Below are positions 27,319 to 36,702 of a stretch of 64,000 nucleotides of DNA, piece by piece (position 1 is the first letter of the stretch; every line of letters starts with the position of its first letter). Source of the stretch: an uncultured Acidimicrobiaceae bacterium (GTDB lineage: Bacteria > Actinomycetota > Acidimicrobiia > Acidimicrobiales > Palsa-688); the NCBI GenBank assembly GCA_963851245.1, contig CAWKOH010000012.1:103322-167321 (forward strand), read 5' to 3'. A program made the translations under genes and the position numbers. The notes beneath the pieces are model-generated. The model was not told the origin of the DNA. It did no database searches and was given only the letters and a program-made list of their open reading frames with translations.

Positions 27319-28068
27319 TTACCCCTTGAAAAGGGCGAAGGCCGCACCCTGCGGGTCCAGGAAGACGGCGAACCGTCCGGTGTTGGGAATGTCAGTGGGC
27401 GGGACGATCACCGTCGCACCCAGATCGGTAGCCCTCTTGGCGTCAGCGTCGACGTCAGCCGTGGCGAAGTAGACGAGCCAGCTATCGGGCACCTCCGCGG
27501 GCATGTCCGGCGGTCGGGGCATCACCCCGCCGATAGTCCGGCCGCTGACCTGAGCCTCGGCATACTCATCGGTGCCACCCCAGCCCCAGCCGAACACCTC
27601 CGCGTAGAAGGTCTTGGACTGGCCCAGGTCCGAAGTTGCCAGCTCGCTCCAGGTGAAGGCACCGGGCTCGTTGACCAGTTGAGCGCCGAGGTGGTCTCTG
27701 GCTTGCCAGGCGGCGATCACCGCACCAGTCGTGTCGGCGAAGATCGCCATACGACCGGCAGTCATCACGTCCATTGGGGGGACGATCACCGTGCCGCCGG
27801 CTGTCTCGGCCTTCTTGGCCACTGCATCCAGGTCATCGACGTTGACATATGTCGTCCATCGGGGCGGACCCGGGTCCTGGGCCGGGCTGATCGCCGCGAC
27901 CTGCTTGCCGTTTTTGGAGACGATCGTGTAGTGGCCGGCTTCTTCTCCCATGTCTTGGCCTTCCCAGCCAAGCAGCTCTCCGTAGAATCTGAGGGCCGCT
28001 TGGGGGTCGGGCGCTCCGATGTCGACCCAGGATGGGACCCCGTGGTCGTAACGCGTCATCTCGGGCAT
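27319..28068 (-). CDS. VOC (glyoxalase/bleomycin-resistance) family protein, two-domain
   Basis: Two repeats of the pattern F(Y)..(L/V)(L/F)GW...G......D..GA.F. Confidence 0.82.
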   Translation of the reverse strand: MPEMTRYDHGVPSWVDIGAPDPQAALRFYGELLGWEGQDMGEEAGHYTIVSKNGKQVAAISPAQDPGPPRWTTYVNVDDLDAVAKKAETAGGTVIVPPMDVMTAGRMAIFADTTGAVIAAWQARDHLGAQLVNEPGAFTWSELATSDLGQSKTFYAEVFGWGWGGTDEYAEAQVSGRTIGGVMPRPPDMPAEVPDSWLVYFATADVDADAKRATDLGATVIVPPTDIPNTGRFAVFLDPQGAAFALFKG

Positions 28069-28144
28069 GGCTCCCTCCTCCGCTCCGCAGCCAATGGATC
28101 AAGTTTTGCCAAGCCCGTTGGGCAACGCAAGAGACTTTCAGGGG

Positions 28145-28378
28145 CTAGAACGGGGGGCAGTCCTCATGTTGATAACTGCCGTCAACGCGCTTGCGGACGA
28201 ACTGTCCGTGCGCGATGACCCGATCGCATATGGGGCAGATCCGGCCTTCGCCCGCCCGTAGCTCGTTGCTCTCCATGTCCTCGTTGGGATCGAGGGCGTG
28301 ATCGGCGGCCTCCTGTTGTTCGGCTGCAGTTCTGTCCCAGACCAACCACGATCCGGGCAGAGTGGGATCGTCAGGCAC
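28145..28378 (-). CDS. Small hypothetical protein with a C-terminal CxxC...H..C zinc-ribbon-like motif
   Basis: 77-aa ORF with coding-like codon usage. It contains ICPICDRVIAHGQ...YQHEDC. I recognise no family. Confidence 0.5.
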   Translation of the reverse strand: MPDDPTLPGSWLVWDRTAAEQQEAADHALDPNEDMESNELRAGEGRICPICDRVIAHGQFVRKRVDGSYQHEDCPPF

Positions 28379-28421
28379 ATCGCCATTTTGACATAAGCGC
28401 AGTCGTGCCGATCAGTCGACA

Positions 28422-29087
28422 CTAGGAACCCGGCGGCCATAGCGGATCCGGGATTTGCAGGCCCAACGATTTGCCCCACCGGTTACGGAACGCCACCTGG
28501 TCAACCGGAGTCCGTTGCGCCACCGCCCAGCGGCCCAGGGGATAGCCGAACGAGACGCAGCAGGCGTTCACCCAGCCCTTGTCGGGGGGAACCCCCAGGA
28601 CCGAAAGCGTCTCGTCCCCTCGAAAAGCTCCCAGCACGCTGGTCAGAGCCGACCCGATGCCTTCTCCGCGAGCTGCCAGCATGGCGCTCCACACCGCAGG
28701 GAATATCGAACCGCCCGACCGGTCGTTGCGGATGAATGCGAACAGATATAAAGGAACCTCCTCGAAGTGGTCGGCAAGGTATTGAGCCGACCGGACGATG
28801 CTCAAGGTCTGCTTGCCGTCCGGGGAGTCGGGCGCGGCGTGCGCCGCGGCGAGGAGCTCTTTGTAGACGGTGTCCCACAGTTGGGCAAGTGCCACCCTGT
28901 AGAGAGGCGCCAGCTCCTGTTTGATCGAGGCATCATCGACGAGCAGAAACCTCCAGTTCTGGTTGTTGCCGCCGCTAGGTGCCCTGATGGCGGCGTCCAG
29001 GATGCGCGCCTGAGACGGGGCCGGGATGGGATCGGGCCGGACCCGGCGCATGGCCCGAGTCGTGTACAGCGCTTCGTACAGGTCCAT
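28422..29087 (-). CDS. Nitroreductase family protein
   Basis: Begins MDLYEALYTTRAMRRVRPDPIP...ILDAAIRAPSGGNNQNWRFLLV. The upstream 222 codons of the 443-aa ORF overlap the DUF5995-like gene out of frame and are Arg/Pro-rich. Confidence 0.85.
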   Translation of the reverse strand: MDLYEALYTTRAMRRVRPDPIPAPSQARILDAAIRAPSGGNNQNWRFLLVDDASIKQELAPLYRVALAQLWDTVYKELLAAAHAAPDSPDGKQTLSIVRSAQYLADHFEEVPLYLFAFIRNDRSGGSIFPAVWSAMLAARGEGIGSALTSVLGAFRGDETLSVLGVPPDKGWVNACCVSFGYPLGRWAVAQRTPVDQVAFRNRWGKSLGLQIPDPLWPPGS

Positions 29088-29152
29088 GACCGGGCATGTT
29101 GCCACATCGCTCCGACGCCAGAAGCCGGTGACAGCGTCCTGGTCGGTTTCGA

Positions 29153-29860
29153 TCAGGCGGCAACAAGGAGACAGCGACTGGCCATGGCGACCGTGCGCGC
29201 CAGTCCGTTCATCAGCAGGCTCTCGACCCCGCTTATGCTGCGAGACATCCAAAGAGCCATCGCGGTGTCCCAGGCCACGTCCCGAGCCGAGCTGATGCTC
29301 CAGTTGGCTACCAGATTCAAGACGGCCCGGGCGTCTCGGTCCGTTTCGAGGGCGTCGCCGGATTCGAAGGATTGGCGGACCGACTGCTCGGCGGCGTCGA
29401 GAACGGCATCCACCTTCTGATAGTCGGTGTGATGAGTGCCCTCGTCGGGTGCCGTCCCGAGTTGTGTGCACGTGTTGACCAGCGCTATGGGCAGATCGTG
29501 GTTGATATGGGCGTTCATGCCGGCCAAGGCGAACTGGATCGGGTAGATGCGGCTGTTGGAGCGTGCCTGAATGAGCGGGAGCCAGGCCGCCGGGATGGCG
29601 TTGGCTGGGGCGGCGGCGGCGTCGACGGCGGTGAAATAGAGGTTGGCGAAGGCGACATCTAGCGCCTCCATGAAAGGCGGGTCGGCGAAAAAGGCTTGTG
29701 AGAGTCGAGCTTCGACGTCCTGGGTGACCTCCAGGTACATCCGGTTGAAACACGCCACCCCATCCGCACCCGGCAGGCTGGAATCGATCTGCTGCATCCG
29801 GGCGATGACATCTCCCATGGAAGCGGAAGTCGGTGGACTCGGCTCGGCGCGGCCGTTCAT
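29153..29860 (-). CDS. DUF5995-like hypothetical protein
   Basis: Contains FNRMYLEVTQDV...FANLYF...PIQFALAGMNAHINHDLP. ATG 29860 overlaps the upstream stop (TGATG). Confidence 0.6.
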   Translation of the reverse strand: MNGRAEPSPPTSASMGDVIARMQQIDSSLPGADGVACFNRMYLEVTQDVEARLSQAFFADPPFMEALDVAFANLYFTAVDAAAAPANAIPAAWLPLIQARSNSRIYPIQFALAGMNAHINHDLPIALVNTCTQLGTAPDEGTHHTDYQKVDAVLDAAEQSVRQSFESGDALETDRDARAVLNLVANWSISSARDVAWDTAMALWMSRSISGVESLLMNGLARTVAMASRCLLVAA

Positions 29861-30519
29861 CAAGTGACGAGCATCGACTCGAGGGCGGCCTTGAGCGCTT
29901 GGTACTGCTCCTCGGTCAGGCCTCCTCGAGAGCGCTCGGCCTCCAGCCCTGCCAGCGCGGTTCGGACCTGGTCCGGCGTCCATTTCTGCGACAGGTCTGC
30001 TCCGCCGGACAGCCTCGTCACCAATGCGTTCACGTGTTCATAGACCTGCCGGAAACGATCGGGGCTGACTGAGCCCACTCCTGGGATAGGGAGTGACATG
30101 TTGTTGGGCGCCGTCGGACGGTTCGCGTAGGAGTTTTCAGCACCAATGAGCGGCTGGATGTTGAGGGCGGGCGGCGGGGTCGTGTTGCCCCCAGCCCGGT
30201 TGCCCGCCGTAGGCGGGTTACCGGCGGACCAACCTGGGACGGCCAGAGGAGGCGCGGGCCCGGGCATGGCCGCGCCCGGCCCCGATCCGGGGGGAGTGGG
30301 CGGCGGGCCTGAGGCCGGCCCAGGTATGGCCGGCCCCGGCCCCGGCCCCGTCCCCGCCCCCGGCATGGACACCCCCGGCTCGTTGGCCGCCGGCGCCGGT
30401 TGGCTCAGGAAGGCGGCCAGGACCCGCATGCTCTCCTCCTGGCCGGGCCGGCCGGCATAGGTGGACGCCGTCTGCGCTGGCTTCCCGCCCCGGTCATTCT
30501 TACGTCGAAACATGGTCAT
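29860..30519 (-). CDS. Pro/Gly-rich hypothetical protein with a SHOCT-like C-terminus
   Basis: The C-terminal LTEEQYQALKAALESML resembles SHOCT, and the centre is low-complexity P/G/A. Start is ATG 30519 or 30513 (AAGGGG SD). Confidence 0.5.
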   Translation of the reverse strand: MTMFRRKNDRGGKPAQTASTYAGRPGQEESMRVLAAFLSQPAPAANEPGVSMPGAGTGPGPGPAIPGPASGPPPTPPGSGPGAAMPGPAPPLAVPGWSAGNPPTAGNRAGGNTTPPPALNIQPLIGAENSYANRPTAPNNMSLPIPGVGSVSPDRFRQVYEHVNALVTRLSGGADLSQKWTPDQVRTALAGLEAERSRGGLTEEQYQALKAALESMLVT

Positions 30520-30867
30520 CCCCTTTCGGCGCCGCTGCCCAGATCGTAAGCAGTCCGGTTCAAGAGATGGGTGAATGTGCCTCAACGGTGGAGGCCCGGA
30601 CGTCTGGAGGGCACCGGAGGCTTCCCTGACCAGGCCGCAGGACGGTGCGCCTCAACTCTTCAGGTGGGAGTCGAAGAAGGCCGCAATTCGCTCCCGCTTG
30701 ACACGACCGCCGGTCTCCTTCGATCGACCGAGCAACTGTTCTTGAACGTCTTTCTCCTGGCGGCCGTGGCCGCCGTCGGCATCCCGGCCCAGCGAGCGGC
30801 CTGGCGCCGGCTGACCGAGTCCCCGCACGAGACTCCGTCAACCTGAGAAGTGTCGCCGGCACCTGGA

Positions 30868-33039
30868 CTATCGCCACCACGGCAACGCTCTCCGTTCTTG
30901 AACGGCTGTCACCGGCCCGATGAGGTCGGACAGGTGGTCTCGTATGTGATCGAGGTGGTGCTGGACCCACAGGAGGTATCCGTGTTGCCGGGGGGCTGGA
31001 GACATCTCTGCTGCGATGGCCGAGGCGAGCTCCTGGGCCGCGGTCGGTGAAGGCCGCCCGAGGTCGCCTGCGACTCCGTCACACCACCCGGCCAGCCGCG
31101 TCGCCTCCTCGACCAGAGACAGGCGGCCGGGATCGACGACAGTCTCGGGAGGAGGCAGGTTGGCCAGAGACTGGGCGGTGAGCCGGATCCGCATGGTGCC
31201 GCCGACGAGCCTCCAGACGCTCTCCTTAGGCACGTGCTTCGTCCCCTGCTCGGCGAGGAAGCCCCTCAGGGCTTCGTCCAAGCGGAGACCGGCATTACCC
31301 GCCCGGGTCGCGGCGTCGGGACCCCGGGTGCGGGTACCAACCGCCCACGACGTCGCTTGGACCAGATAGATGCCCCCTTCGTGGAAGGCGTCGGCCAGGT
31401 CCTCCGCCACGATGGCGCTAGCGCCACGCGGCCAGAACAGGACTCCGACGAAAACGCTGACGGCGGCGCCGATCGCTACGTCCTCGACCCGTAGCACACC
31501 CACCTTCCATCCGACCGGCACCAGGATGTTGTAAAGAACACTGACCGTGACGGTGAAAGCCGCCTGGCCTACAGCAAACGGCGCCGTACCTGGCGAATAG
31601 GCGGCAACGAAGACGGCGATCGGGAGGGCCGCCCACAACGCAGCGGTTTGCTGGCCGATCGCCAGGATCAGGACGGCTCCGATGAAGAATCCGGCTGCCG
31701 TCCCGACCAGGGCCCGAAGAGCGGTCGAACCGGTTGAAGCGGCGCTCGTGCGCAGCACCGAGAGTGTCCCGAGGACCACCCAGAACCCGTGCTGAACATG
31801 GACCAGGTCGGCAACCGCTACGGCTGCGGCCAGAGCGACGGCTCCTCTCGCACTGTTGAGGAACCAGACTGAGCGGAGGGATGCATGCCCACCAGCCAGC
31901 CGGCCCGCCGTTCGGAGCCAGTCCCATCTGCGAGGGGCTGCCGAGGGGTCCGATCGATCGGTCGCCACCAGGGTGTTTACAGCGGCGCTTCTCACCGCTG
32001 CCGCCACCATGCGAGCATGGAACGAGACATGGACTTCGTGTTCGGTGCATGACCCGTCCTGTCTCAGCGATGCCACTCTCGCCGCGCTGGCCTCCCGTTT
32101 GGAGTCGAAGCATTCCAGCGTCAGGTCCGCTTCCTGACCGCGTAGTAAGGAAGCGATGTCGGACAGGGAATCGGCCGCCGCCTTGAGCAGGCCGCGGTCG
32201 ACGGAAGTGACCGCGGTCAGGTCGGTGCCCTCGGCCACCATGTCATGGACGAGGGTCGTACTCCATTCCAAGGATTCCACCAGGTTGTCCACCGCTTGCT
32301 CCGTCCGGGCCAGCCCGGTCGGCCGGTACGGTGTGGACGAGAATGTTGCCATTAGCGCGCGTTTGGCGTTCATGGCGGCGGCCGCCTGGTCAGGTCCGAC
32401 CGGACCGGAAAGAGCGGTGTCGAGTTCATTCGAGAGAGCAGCGGCGCAGTCGGCCGCCGCCAGGCGGACGCGATCAGCGGAGACCGGTGGCGACAGCAGG
32501 AGCACCGCCAAGGTGCCGGCTGCCGTCGCCAGCCACCAGCCGGCCAGCCGGGACGGGATCATGCCCATGGCCCCCGGCGAGGCGGCGGGCAGCACATAGG
32601 CCAGCAGGGCCGCTGTCGCGCCGGACGCGGCGTTCGGCCCTGTGATGCCGGCGTACAGCACGCAGAACACCACCGGCAGGGTCACCGCCACCGCCAGAGC
32701 GGTGTTCGATGTCACGGCCGTACCGATCACGAGCAATACGCTCCCGACCACACCCAGACCGAGGTGAGCGACGAACTTCTTGTGGCGGCTGCCCGAAAAA
32801 GAAGCGAGCACCAGGGTCGCGAATCCACCGAAGGCGGCGAAGGTGGCCATCTGCAGATTGCCGATGACGACGTCAGTGAGGGCGAAGAGACCTGGGACTA
32901 CGAGGGTGGCGCGCAGGGCGCGATACGCGGCGGGCCGGGACCAGACCGGACGCAGGGACGCGACCGTGGGACCGATCGATGAGCGGCGCGGGGTGGAGGC
33001 AGGTGCGGGTGGGGCGGCGGCAGGAGCAGCCATGAGCAC
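30868..33039 (-). CDS. FUSC family (fusaric-acid-resistance-like / ArAE) membrane protein
   Basis: 723 aa with two blocks of multiple TM helices separated by a soluble helical domain, the typical FUSC architecture. Confidence 0.75.
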   Translation of the reverse strand: MLMAAPAAAPPAPASTPRRSSIGPTVASLRPVWSRPAAYRALRATLVVPGLFALTDVVIGNLQMATFAAFGGFATLVLASFSGSRHKKFVAHLGLGVVGSVLLVIGTAVTSNTALAVAVTLPVVFCVLYAGITGPNAASGATAALLAYVLPAASPGAMGMIPSRLAGWWLATAAGTLAVLLLSPPVSADRVRLAAADCAAALSNELDTALSGPVGPDQAAAAMNAKRALMATFSSTPYRPTGLARTEQAVDNLVESLEWSTTLVHDMVAEGTDLTAVTSVDRGLLKAAADSLSDIASLLRGQEADLTLECFDSKREASAARVASLRQDGSCTEHEVHVSFHARMVAAAVRSAAVNTLVATDRSDPSAAPRRWDWLRTAGRLAGGHASLRSVWFLNSARGAVALAAAVAVADLVHVQHGFWVVLGTLSVLRTSAASTGSTALRALVGTAAGFFIGAVLILAIGQQTAALWAALPIAVFVAAYSPGTAPFAVGQAAFTVTVSVLYNILVPVGWKVGVLRVEDVAIGAAVSVFVGVLFWPRGASAIVAEDLADAFHEGGIYLVQATSWAVGTRTRGPDAATRAGNAGLRLDEALRGFLAEQGTKHVPKESVWRLVGGTMRIRLTAQSLANLPPPETVVDPGRLSLVEEATRLAGWCDGVAGDLGRPSPTAAQELASAIAAEMSPAPRQHGYLLWVQHHLDHIRDHLSDLIGPVTAVQERRALPWWR

Positions 33040-33107
33040 CCCAGTCTGCTACGGCCCCGTCCATTAGGCGGACGGATGCTCGTCGCCCGGGACCATGGGT
33101 CCCTGCT

Positions 33108-34541
33108 CTAGAGGAGGATGCCGGGGTAAAGCGGGAATTTCTGCAGCAGGTCGGCGCTGCGCCGGCGGCACGCTTCTGCGACGGCCGGGTCGAGGACATA
33201 CCGGGCTTGGGAAAGCCCCGTTGTTGCGGGCGCGGGGGATGTAGAGGTTAGAGCCGAGGAGATGATGTCCGCGATTTCGTCCATCTCGTCTGCGCCTAGC
33301 CCAAGCGTCGTGAGGGCCGGGGTTCCTAGGCGGATCCCCGAGGTGTACCAGGCCCCATGGGCGTCAGCCGGTATCGAGTTGCGGTTGGTCACGACGCCGC
33401 ACTCCAGCAGGCTGGCTTCGGCTTGTCTCCCGGTCAGCCCGAAGCTGGTTGCCACGTCGATCAAGACGAGGTGGTTGTCGGTCCCTCCTGTCACCAGGCG
33501 GGCCCCGCGGCGGACCAAGCCCTCGGCGAGAGCCCGGGCGTTCTCAACAATGGCCCGGGCGTAGTCGGTGAAGCCGGGTTGGCGGGCCTCCGCCAGGGCC
33601 ACCGCCTTGGCCGCCATTACATGGGGGAGAGGTCCTCCGAGCACCATCGGGCACCCTTTGTCGACATAGTCGGCGTATTCGGCGTCGGCGAGCACCAAGC
33701 CGCCACGCGGCCCCCGCAATGACTTGTGCGTCGTCGTCGTGACGACATGGGCGTGGGGGACGGGATCCAGATCACCTGTAAGCACCCGACCGGCCACCAG
33801 GCCGGCGAAGTGGGCCATGTCCACCATGAATGTGGCGTCCACCTCGTCGGCTATCTCCCGCAACATGGCGAAGTTGGGGTTGCGAGGATAGGCCGAGTAG
33901 CCGGCGAGCACGATCAGCGGCCGGAACTGGCGGGCTAGCCGGCGAACGGCGTCGTAGTCGATCAGGCCGGTCTCGGGATCGACCCCGTAGCTGGCCTGAT
34001 CGAACATCTTCCCGGAGATATTGGGGCGGAACCCGTGCGTGAGGTGACCGCCGGCGTCGAGCGACATGCCGATCATGCGCTGCGATCCCAAGGCCGCTCG
34101 CAACCGCTTCCAGGTGTCGGGCGCCAGATCGTTCACGTGCCCCGCTTGGGCGGTTTCGAGGAAAGGTCCCTCCACCCTCCGGCCCAGGATGGCCCAAAAG
34201 GCCACCAGGTTGGCGTCTATGCCGGAGTGCGGTTGGACGTAGGCGTGCCGGGCGCCGAACAAGGCGGTTGCATGCTCTGTCGCGATGCGTTCCACGGCGT
34301 CGACGTGCTCGCAACCGGCGTACATACGTCGCCCGGGGACGCCTTCTGCATACTTGTCTGACAGCCAGTTGCCCATGGCGAGTAGGACGGCCGGCGAGGC
34401 GTAGTTCTCTGATGCGATCAACTTCAACTGCCGGCGCTGGCTCTCCAACTCGGCGGCTATGGAAGCCGCGATTCTCGGTTCCACCGCGGCGACCGCCTGC
34501 AGCGCCGAGGCGAAGGCGGTTTGCTCAGTATCCGTGGCCAT
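33108..34541 (-). CDS. glyA: Serine hydroxymethyltransferase
   Basis: Contains [30 protein letters not shown] and [15 protein letters not shown] (PLP lysine). ATG 34541 follows AAGGAG. Confidence 0.93.
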   Translation of the reverse strand: MATDTEQTAFASALQAVAAVEPRIAASIAAELESQRRQLKLIASENYASPAVLLAMGNWLSDKYAEGVPGRRMYAGCEHVDAVERIATEHATALFGARHAYVQPHSGIDANLVAFWAILGRRVEGPFLETAQAGHVNDLAPDTWKRLRAALGSQRMIGMSLDAGGHLTHGFRPNISGKMFDQASYGVDPETGLIDYDAVRRLARQFRPLIVLAGYSAYPRNPNFAMLREIADEVDATFMVDMAHFAGLVAGRVLTGDLDPVPHAHVVTTTTHKSLRGPRGGLVLADAEYADYVDKGCPMVLGGPLPHVMAAKAVALAEARQPGFTDYARAIVENARALAEGLVRRGARLVTGGTDNHLVLIDVATSFGLTGRQAEASLLECGVVTNRNSIPADAHGAWYTSGIRLGTPALTTLGLGADEMDEIADIISSALTSTSPAPATTGLSQARYVLDPAVAEACRRRSADLLQKFPLYPGILL

Positions 34542-34570
34542 GGTGCGCTCCTTGCATCGAGTAGTGAAAC

Positions 34571-34657
34571 GCCCAGGCGTACGACACGGACCGTCATCAT
34601 CGGCCAGGCCGCTCCCCGGTGGTGCTCCACCCAGACGCCAGTCGCGACCCGCTGGCA
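34571..34657 (-). promoter_or_regulatory. ZTP (ZMP/ZTP-sensing, pfl-motif) riboswitch in the glyA leader
   Basis: The minus-strand RNA reads GCCAGCGGGUCGCGACUGGCGUCUGGGUGGAGCACCACCGGGGAGCGGCCUGGC ... CCGUGUCGUACGCCUGGGC. This matches both conserved pfl sub-domains (GGGUCGUGACUGGCG...GGUGG..ACCACCGGGGAGC and CCG....CGCCUGGGC). It lies ~30 nt upstream of the glyA SD. Confidence 0.88.
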
Positions 34658-34740
34658 ACTCTACTCACTGGATCCGTCCGCCAAGCGCCGGTCCGGCCGG
34701 GGGATGAGCATCGACTGTGAACGTGGTAGGCAGAGGGGTC

Positions 34741-35667
34741 GTGCAAACACGAAAGATCGGTTCGCTCGAGGTCACGCTGGTAGGCCTCGGGACCAACAAC
34801 TTCGGGCTGGGGATGGCCGCCGATCAGGTACCCCCGGTCGTCGATGCCGCCATCGAACAGGGCATCAACTTCTTCGACACGGCTGACTCCTACGGAGACA
34901 GCGAAGAACGCCTCGGGCGGGCTCTCGGCCGACGGCGAGACGACGTGCTGATCGCGACGAAGTTCGCCAGCCCGCTCCGGGGCCAGGAGGGGACGGGCGG
35001 AGCTCGGCCGGAGTATGTGCGAAGCGCCGTCGAAGCCAGTTTGAAGCGGTTGGGTACGGACCGGATCGATCTGTACCAGATCCACCGGCCGGACCCCGAG
35101 ACCCCGATCGCTGACACGCTCGAAGCCCTGGCCGATTTGGTCCAGGCCGGCAAGGTCCGCGAGATAGGTTGCTCCAACTTCTCTGCCAAGCAGTTGCGGG
35201 ACACGTACGAGGCCGCTGGCGAGGGGCCCCGATTCTCCAGTGTGCAGAACCACTACAACCTCTTGAACCGCGGCGACGAGAAGGAAATCATCCCGACCTG
35301 CCAGGATCTTGGCATCGCCTACTTGCCCTACTTCCCACTGGCCAGCGGACTCCTGACCGGCAAATACAGGCGGGGTGAGATGCCCCCCGAGGGGACCAGA
35401 ATGCACCGTTGGGGGGAGCGGGCCGCCGGGGCCCTCACTGACGAGGCCTTCGACAAGGTTGATGCGCTGGCGACGTGGGGCGGCGATCACGGCCACAGCC
35501 TGCTGGATGTCGCTATTGCCTGGCTTGCCGCCCAGCCGGTGGTGGCGTCAGTCATCGCCGGTGCCACGAAGGTGGAGCAGGTGGTCGCCAATGCCAGCGC
35601 GGCCGGCTGGCAGCTGTCCCCCTCGGATGTCGAGGAAGTCGACCTCCTGGCGCCAGTCGCCGCCTGA
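34741..35667 (+). CDS. Aldo/keto reductase
   Basis: Contains TRKIGSLEVTLVGLGTNNFG, INFFDTADSYG and IDLYQIHRPD. GTG 34741 follows AGAGGGG (the ORF opens at 34717). Confidence 0.88.
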   Translation: MQTRKIGSLEVTLVGLGTNNFGLGMAADQVPPVVDAAIEQGINFFDTADSYGDSEERLGRALGRRRDDVLIATKFASPLRGQEGTGGARPEYVRSAVEASLKRLGTDRIDLYQIHRPDPETPIADTLEALADLVQAGKVREIGCSNFSAKQLRDTYEAAGEGPRFSSVQNHYNLLNRGDEKEIIPTCQDLGIAYLPYFPLASGLLTGKYRRGEMPPEGTRMHRWGERAAGALTDEAFDKVDALATWGGDHGHSLLDVAIAWLAAQPVVASVIAGATKVEQVVANASAAGWQLSPSDVEEVDLLAPVAA

Positions 35668-35698
35668 AGGCGGCGGGTTCGAGAGCGACGGTGGCTGT

Positions 35699-36634
35699 GT
35701 GAAGGCGATCTTCGTCCCGCCGATGCTCGCCACTCTGGTCAAGCCGCAGGCCCACTTCGGCGCCAGCAGGGCGGCGGACTGGCAGTACGAGCGCAAGCTC
35801 GACGGGCTGCGTTGCCTGGCGGTGAAGAACTCCGCTCGGGTTGAGTTGCTCTCGCGCAACCGGCTGTCCTTCAACGCTCGGTTTCCTGATGTGGCCGCCG
35901 CCCTGGTCGATCTCCCGCCTTCGAGCCTGGTGGTCGACGGGGAGCTGGTTGCCTTCGACGGCGACCAGACCAGCTTCGCGCTCCTGCAGAGCGCGCCTCA
36001 CCCGAGCGGCCTGACGTACTGTGTCTTCGACCTGCTCCACCTCGACGGCCGGGACACGACGGAGCTGATGTTGACGGAGAGACAGAGTCTGCTGGCCTCG
36101 GCGCTGGAGTCCGGGGGCCGTCCGCTGTCGTTGGTCAGGCCCCTCGCCGGCGATCCCCCGGGATTGCTGAGCCGGGCCTGCTCGTCCGGATGGGAGGGGT
36201 TGGTGGCCAAGCGGGTCCGCTCCAGGTACCGGAGCGGGAGGTCGCCGGATTGGTTGAAACTCAAGTGCACGGCCAGCCAGGAACTGGTGATCGGGGGTTG
36301 GACTGAACCGACCAGGTCCCGGGTCGCCCTCGGGGCGCTCCTCGTCGGGTACTACGACGACGATCGGCGCCTCCGCTATGCAGGCAAAGTCGGTACCGGG
36401 TTCACCAACCAGCTTCTGCGAGAGCTTCACGAGTATCTTCTCGCTCGCGAGGTCCTGGACTCGCCCTTCTATGATCCGGTCAAGGAGAAGACGGCGCACT
36501 GGGCCCGACCAGAGCTGGTGGGGGAGGTCGCTTTCACGGAATGGACCGGCGAGGGACGGCTGCGGCATCCAAGCTTTCAGGGGCTTCGCCCCGACAAGCC
36601 GGCGAACGAAATCCGGAGGGAAGCTCCCGCCTGA
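35699..36634 (+). CDS. ATP-dependent DNA ligase (ligase-domain-only, LigC/LigD-Lig type)
   Basis: Contains PMLATL, the adenylation motif YERKLDGLRC (KxDG), EGLVAKR, WLKLK and the OB-fold tail GRLRHPSFQGLRPDK. GTG 35699. Confidence 0.88.
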   Translation: MKAIFVPPMLATLVKPQAHFGASRAADWQYERKLDGLRCLAVKNSARVELLSRNRLSFNARFPDVAAALVDLPPSSLVVDGELVAFDGDQTSFALLQSAPHPSGLTYCVFDLLHLDGRDTTELMLTERQSLLASALESGGRPLSLVRPLAGDPPGLLSRACSSGWEGLVAKRVRSRYRSGRSPDWLKLKCTASQELVIGGWTEPTRSRVALGALLVGYYDDDRRLRYAGKVGTGFTNQLLRELHEYLLAREVLDSPFYDPVKEKTAHWARPELVGEVAFTEWTGEGRLRHPSFQGLRPDKPANEIRREAPA

Positions 36635-36702
36635 ACCGGTGCGCGGACGAAGTTGAGCCTCACCGACCACGACTGCTCCACCCGGGTAGTTAGCCTGAGA
36701 AA

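Noticed and set aside
29088-29753. 5' extension of the nitroreductase ORF (443 aa as listed in the track).
   Set aside because: It overlaps the DUF5995-like gene in a different frame, is Arg/Pro/Gly/Ser-rich and low in complexity, and the nitroreductase fold begins at MDLYEALY (29087).
33085-33103. GGGACC-atg-GGTCCC hairpin just downstream of the glyA stop, as a possible terminator.
   Set aside because: It has only a 6-bp stem with a 3-nt loop and no U tract on the minus strand, which is too weak to report as a feature.
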